Source of the DNA: Actinomycetota bacterium
GTDB taxonomy: Bacteria > Actinomycetota > Actinomycetes > Mycobacteriales > Micromonosporaceae
DNA length: 24,000 nucleotides
Assembly (NCBI GenBank): GCA_005885555.1
Contig: VAWN01000043.1
Span: 100,192 to 124,191, forward strand
Reading direction: 5' to 3'
Shown: piece by piece, positions 23,232 to 24,000 of the stretch
Layout: each line of letters starts with the position of its first letter
How positions within the stretch are numbered: position 1 is the stretch's first letter
Notes under the pieces: generated by a model
The model's database searches: none
What the model saw: only the letters and a program-made list of their open reading frames with translations
What the model was told of the DNA's origin: nothing
Translations under genes and position numbers: made by a program

Positions 23232-24000
23232 ATGCAGCCGCAGCAGATTCTGGTCGCGCTCGCCGACCTGGCTCCGACCGGCGGCGAGCGGATCCTCGAC
23301 GTGGCCAGGGGAGGCCGCGGGGCGGGGGCTGAGCCGCTGGTCTGGCTGGCCGCCCCCGACCGTGCGCCACGCAACCGTGCGGTGGACCGGCTCGCCGCAC
23401 TCGACGCGCTGCACCGCGACGAGCGCAGCCTGCGCCGGGGCTGGGCGGCCGGGTTGCCGGTGGCGCGCGTGGTCGGCCGGCCGCCCCGCCGCCGGCCCGA
23501 GGACGAACTGGTCGGGCTCGCCGCGGCGGTGCTGTTCGTCGCCCGCGAGGCGCGCACCCCGAGCCTGCGCGGCACGCTGCTGCGCTGGGCCGGCCGCACG
23601 GGTCTTGCGAAGACCGCGCTCGCCGCGGTATACGGCTGCACGACGCCGCCACCGTCCACTGTGGACGATCCGGAGGTCCGGTCGCCGATGCCGCTCAACG
23701 CCGCCCAACGGGAGGTGGTCCGGCGCACCCGGTCCGAGGTTGCGGTCGCCGTGTCGGGGCCGCCAGGTACCGGAAAGAGCCATGCGGTCGTGGCGGCCGG
23801 GATCGACGCGGTGTACCGCGGCGGGTCGGTGCTCATCGCGGCGCAGTCCAGCCACGCGGTCGATGCGCTGCGCGAACTGCTGCGCCGGTACCCGGGGGCG
23901 GTGCCGGTCCTGTTCGGTGACGCCGAGCGGCGCGAGGCGATCGCCGCCGAGCTCAGCGACGGGTTGCTGGCCGGTGTCGGGGAGGAGCGGCTGCGCGCCC
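23232..24000 (+). CDS. SF1 (DNA2/Upf1/AAA_11-like) helicase/ATPase with an unassigned 150-aa N-terminal region; 3'-truncated by the window end
   Basis: This frame is not in the supplied track because it runs off the window, so I translated it by hand. 'PLNAAQREVVRRT...VAVSGPPGTGKSHAVVAAGIDAV..G.SVLIAAQSSHAVDAL' shows Walker A in the typical AAA_11 context. GC3 is high from the ATG at 23232. Confidence 0.6.
   Translation, partial: MQPQQILVALADLAPTGGERILDVARGGRGAGAEPLVWLAAPDRAPRNRAVDRLAALDALHRDERSLRRGWAAGLPVARVVGRPPRRRPEDELVGLAAAVLFVAREARTPSLRGTLLRWAGRTGLAKTALAAVYGCTTPPPSTVDDPEVRSPMPLNAAQREVVRRTRSEVAVAVSGPPGTGKSHAVVAAGIDAVYRGGSVLIAAQSSHAVDALRELLRRYPGAVPVLFGDAERREAIAAELSDGLLAGVGEERLRA

Overview
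This is a high-GC (roughly 70-73% by eye) actinobacterial chromosomal window. It is built on the conserved nitrogen-assimilation/lipoate locus known from e.g. M. tuberculosis (lipB-lipA-Rv2219-glnA1-glnE-glnA2), here in the order glnA2(+) ... glnE(+) ... glnA1(-) / RDD(+) / DUF4191(-) / lipA(-) ... lipB(-). An MMPL transporter and the 5' part of an SF1 helicase-like gene follow. Accessory blocks interrupt the backbone in three places. (i) Between glnA2 and glnE lie a WYL regulator, a lipoprotein alpha/beta-hydrolase, a VOC protein, an S66 LD-carboxypeptidase and a class-I glutamine amidotransferase that is translationally coupled to glnE. (ii) Between glnE and glnA1 lie an epimerase, a penicillin-acylase-family Ntn hydrolase, a tiny ORF and a small 4-TM protein. 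(iii) Between lipA and lipB, on the opposite strand, lies a 2.2-kb insertion, which is the most interesting part of the window. It carries a complete translational T-box riboswitch with an Asp (GAC) specifier in front of an archaeal-type second AspRS. This is followed by two tandem palindromic operators and a ClpC2-like (HTH + ClpC N-domain) protein. I read the insertion as a candidate inducible spare-target/decoy module. Other unexplained structure: a 68-bp palindrome-ended repeat present twice in 3'-UTR position; a 55-bp structured direct repeat flanking the small membrane-protein gene; three short tandem duplications that each copy a stop codon; a C-tract (G4/i-motif) block after glnA2; a GlnR-box-like array upstream of glnA1; and a strong window-wide excess of GTAC-centred palindromes, especially GGTACC, which are written with otherwise rare codons. 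I recognised no rRNA, tRNA, CRISPR array, transposase or integrase. Many very long ORFs in the track are antisense or out-of-frame high-GC artefacts.
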